DNA from: a virus
Taxonomy: Duplodnaviria; Caudoviricetes
Length of the DNA stretch: 49,759 nucleotides
Direction: 5' to 3' (one strand)
IMG/VR virus record: IMGVR_UViG_3300020161_000762
Coordinates: 1-49,759 of that record
A program made the translations under genes and the position numbers. Positions 47,221-49,759 of the stretch are shown here, one piece after another; positions within the stretch are counted from its first letter, which is position 1, and every line of letters starts with the position of its first letter. The notes under the pieces are model-generated. The model saw only the letters and a program-made list of their open reading frames with translations, made no database searches and had not been told where the DNA came from.

Positions 47221-48303
47221 TTACTCGTCGTATCCGAGATTGTAATCGTAGTCGCCGTAATTTTCTTCGGTAGTGTTACCTATATTATCCTCTTCGTAGG
47301 ACTCGTCGGTGCTCTCGCCCCAACCCGGCGACCATACCATGTTGCCGCTTGAGTCAAAATAGTTTCCGTTTCCGTCGATAAAGTAGTCGCTACCGTCAGC
47401 GCCGGTGTACTCATACAATCCGGTTTCTTCGTTATAGTAGCTCTCTGGTCCAAGAGTTGGCGCTTCTTCTGCCGCCCCCGTTGGTTTTGTGCTTCCAAAC
47501 ATTTTATCGTACAATCCCGGGAGACCACCCTTAATGCCAAGCTGCGATAATAGCCCCGGCTTCTCAGTCACCTTGCCGGTTTTTGGGTCCTGAACGTACT
47601 GATTGCTGAGCGCGTTCACGCCGCCCGATATCAGAGACCCCAGCGCGCCGACCTGGTTCAAGAACCCTAGGTCTGTGGACTTGGTGGTGGTCTTCGGAGC
47701 TTGTAGCTTGCCCACAACGCTCGCCAGGTTCAGCGCGCCCGCGTACGGGGCGTTCTGCTCAAACGTTCCAGTGTTAAGCGCGGACTGTACGAGCTGGTTG
47801 CCGACGTTGCCAAGCGCGGACCCTGCGGCCACACCCGTCTGTTGGTTCTGCAACGCGGACTGCATCTGCTTTTGGTACAGGTCCGTTAAAAAGTTTGCGC
47901 GTGCTCTTGACACGCCGCCAAGGTTCATCGCGCTGCCAAAGTCACCGCCCGCGATGTTCCTAGCCGTTTGCGCGGTGTCAATCTCCGGCATGAACTGTTT
48001 GGCTTGCTCGGTCTGAGCGGCGAACAACCCGCCCAGGGCGGTTGACTTGTCCGGGGCACCAGAGACTAGCCATGGGTTAGCGGCGCCGCTACCGATCGAC
48101 TCAAGCGTGCTCTGCGCGGATGCGAATGGGTTCGTCCCCACCTTGAACGCGTTGATCGCAGACTGCGCGGAGGTGTTGGCTACGTCTGGGGCTACGACAT
48201 CGGAGATCTTGTCGATCGCATCTTCCTGCGCGGTTGTGAACCACGATGGGAGAGACTCTGTTGAGATCTCCTTGTTTGTTAGCATGTTACTCAATCCGGC
48301 CAT
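47221..48303 (-). CDS. Probable ejection (pilot) protein
   Basis: 360 aa, Gln/Ala/Gly-rich, TESLPSW N-terminus, acidic tail. Confidence 0.6.
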   Translation of the reverse strand: MAGLSNMLTNKEISTESLPSWFTTAQEDAIDKISDVVAPDVANTSAQSAINAFKVGTNPFASAQSTLESIGSGAANPWLVSGAPDKSTALGGLFAAQTEQAKQFMPEIDTAQTARNIAGGDFGSAMNLGGVSRARANFLTDLYQKQMQSALQNQQTGVAAGSALGNVGNQLVQSALNTGTFEQNAPYAGALNLASVVGKLQAPKTTTKSTDLGFLNQVGALGSLISGGVNALSNQYVQDPKTGKVTEKPGLLSQLGIKGGLPGLYDKMFGSTKPTGAAEEAPTLGPESYYNEETGLYEYTGADGSDYFIDGNGNYFDSSGNMVWSPGWGESTDESYEEDNIGNTTEENYGDYDYNLGYDE

Positions 48304-48304
48304 C

Positions 48305-49759
48305 TTATGCTCCCACTCTCTCGTATGCCTCTGCTAGGTATGTCAGAGGTCCTTGGCTGTCCTCGGATAGTTCCTCGGGGTCCGCGTTTCTTTTGTGCTC
48401 TCGTATAACCTTAACGAACTGGTCTAGCACGTTCGCGCCGGCGTCGCTGCTGCCATTGCCAAGGCTTGACACGATGTCCGCCGGGAGAACGTACTCGTCG
48501 GCGGCGAGCATCGCGGGGACGCTGTCGCTGGTTCCGTCTCCGTCACCCTTGACGTGTCTCATCCCAACGCTAGCGCCACCCTCGGAGTAGAACTGTGGGT
48601 TGTGATCGATCAGACCACCCTGCGCGGCGTACACCGGCATCGTGTTCTGCTGCTGTTGGAACTCTGGCTGTTGCCACCAGGGTTGTGCTAGGTTCACATC
48701 TGTAGGGTCAAAGAACATGTCCTGTGCCTCGGGTTGGTATTGTTGCTCAAATTCTTCTCGATCTTTCTCTGCTTGTAACTCGTCCGCTGTCTTCCACCCG
48801 GTTGTCATGGGCGTGTCCTGCTCTACCTGCTGAACCTGTACTGGCTTCGACTTCTGGTCGAAGGTGGACATTGAGATCGGCTCTTGGTTGATAAACTTAC
48901 CGGCGAACCCAAGACCCTCAATGCGGCTCATCGGCGCCCACTTAGTGTCCTTGAGCGGGTCGAACAGCTCCGGCGCTCCGACCTCAGGCTTATCGGCTTG
49001 GAACGCCTCGTCGCGCGTATCTGAAAACTTAGGCTGCTCTCCTGCTTTTATGTCGCCCCAATCAAAACCGGAGCCGAGCAGTGGCTGCGCCGCGCGCTGG
49101 TACATACCTTTTGGGGTGCGCGAGTACGAGCGGCCAGACCCGTATATCTCATCTCGTTGTGGCTGGCTGAGCCGTTTTTGCAACTCTTTGTACAATCCCT
49201 GACCAAATGAACCGCCGAGCACGCCCTTGATCTGGTCGAATATGTCGTTTGGTGTTTGGCCCGGCTCAACCACTGGCTCAAACTGATCGGGGTCAAACTC
49301 TGTCGCGCCCTCGGTGTCCGGGGTGAAGCCCTCCTCCATCTCAAACTCACCGGAGTAGTCTGGCTGCCAGAATATGCTGCCGTCTTCGTTGTAGTAGTTC
49401 CCGTCCTCGTCAACGCCGATCTTGGACCCGTCCTCGCTTGGGTACCAAGTGATACCGCTGACAGGGTCAACCTCTCCCTCAACATCTTCCGGCGCTGAGT
49501 AGATCTGCTCCTTGCCCTCGCCGTATATGTTGCCTTCCTCGTCAAACCCGATCCACTCGCCGTCTTCATTTTGGCTCCAAGTAATACCAGTGCGCGGGTC
49601 TAGCTCACCACCCTCTGGCGCTACAAGATCGCTCTCAGGGACCTCAACGCGGAATGGCTCCTCAGGCTCTAACTCTGGCTCAGGCTCTAACTCTGGCTCA
49701 GGCTCTAACTCTGGCTCAGGCTCTAACTCTGGCTCAGGCTCTAACTCTGGCTCAGGCTC
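48305..49759 (-). CDS. Large acidic virion protein, starts beyond the right edge
   Basis: The frame stays open upstream of 49339 to the window end; C-terminal GDGDGTSDSVPAML...EYVLPAD domain. Confidence 0.7.
   Translation of the reverse strand, partial: EPEPELEPEPELEPEPELEPEPELEPEPELEPEEPFRVEVPESDLVAPEGGELDPRTGITWSQNEDGEWIGFDEEGNIYGEGKEQIYSAPEDVEGEVDPVSGITWYPSEDGSKIGVDEDGNYYNEDGSIFWQPDYSGEFEMEEGFTPDTEGATEFDPDQFEPVVEPGQTPNDIFDQIKGVLGGSFGQGLYKELQKRLSQPQRDEIYGSGRSYSRTPKGMYQRAAQPLLGSGFDWGDIKAGEQPKFSDTRDEAFQADKPEVGAPELFDPLKDTKWAPMSRIEGLGFAGKFINQEPISMSTFDQKSKPVQVQQVEQDTPMTTGWKTADELQAEKDREEFEQQYQPEAQDMFFDPTDVNLAQPWWQQPEFQQQQNTMPVYAAQGGLIDHNPQFYSEGGASVGMRHVKGDGDGTSDSVPAMLAADEYVLPADIVSSLGNGSSDAGANVLDQFVKVIREHKRNADPEELSEDSQGPLTYLAEAYERVGA
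49661..49759. repeat. 18-bp tandem repeat CTCAGGCTCTAACTCTGG x5.5 encoding (EPEPEL)n
   Basis: Read directly; truncated by the window edge. Confidence 0.95.

Noticed and set aside
48305-49339. 344-aa ORF as a complete gene
   Set aside because: The frame is open to the window edge, so the true start lies outside.

Overview
About 50 kb of a lytic tailed dsDNA phage, podovirus-like by gene content; a betaproteobacterial or freshwater host is an inference. The left arm (- strand, 1-18.2 kb) holds multi-LamG and collagen fibre genes, head genes (major capsid, scaffold, GroES, portal), TerL and a free-standing intein-like gene. A ~1 kb non-coding divergence region (18.2-19.26 kb) is packed with motifs resembling host-protein binding sites. 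The + strand arm (19.3-41.6 kb) carries small early genes separated by three hammerhead ribozymes, a sigma70 lacking region 4, a primase-helicase, an AcpS + ACP + ketosynthase trio, SNF2 helicase, probable TerS, DUF2800 nuclease, DUF2815 SSB, class II RNR and PolA. The right arm (- strand, 41.6-49.76 kb) encodes probable internal/ejection proteins with repeated xxGG motifs. No integrase, tRNA or CRISPR array was recognised. All calls are by eye; no database searches were run.
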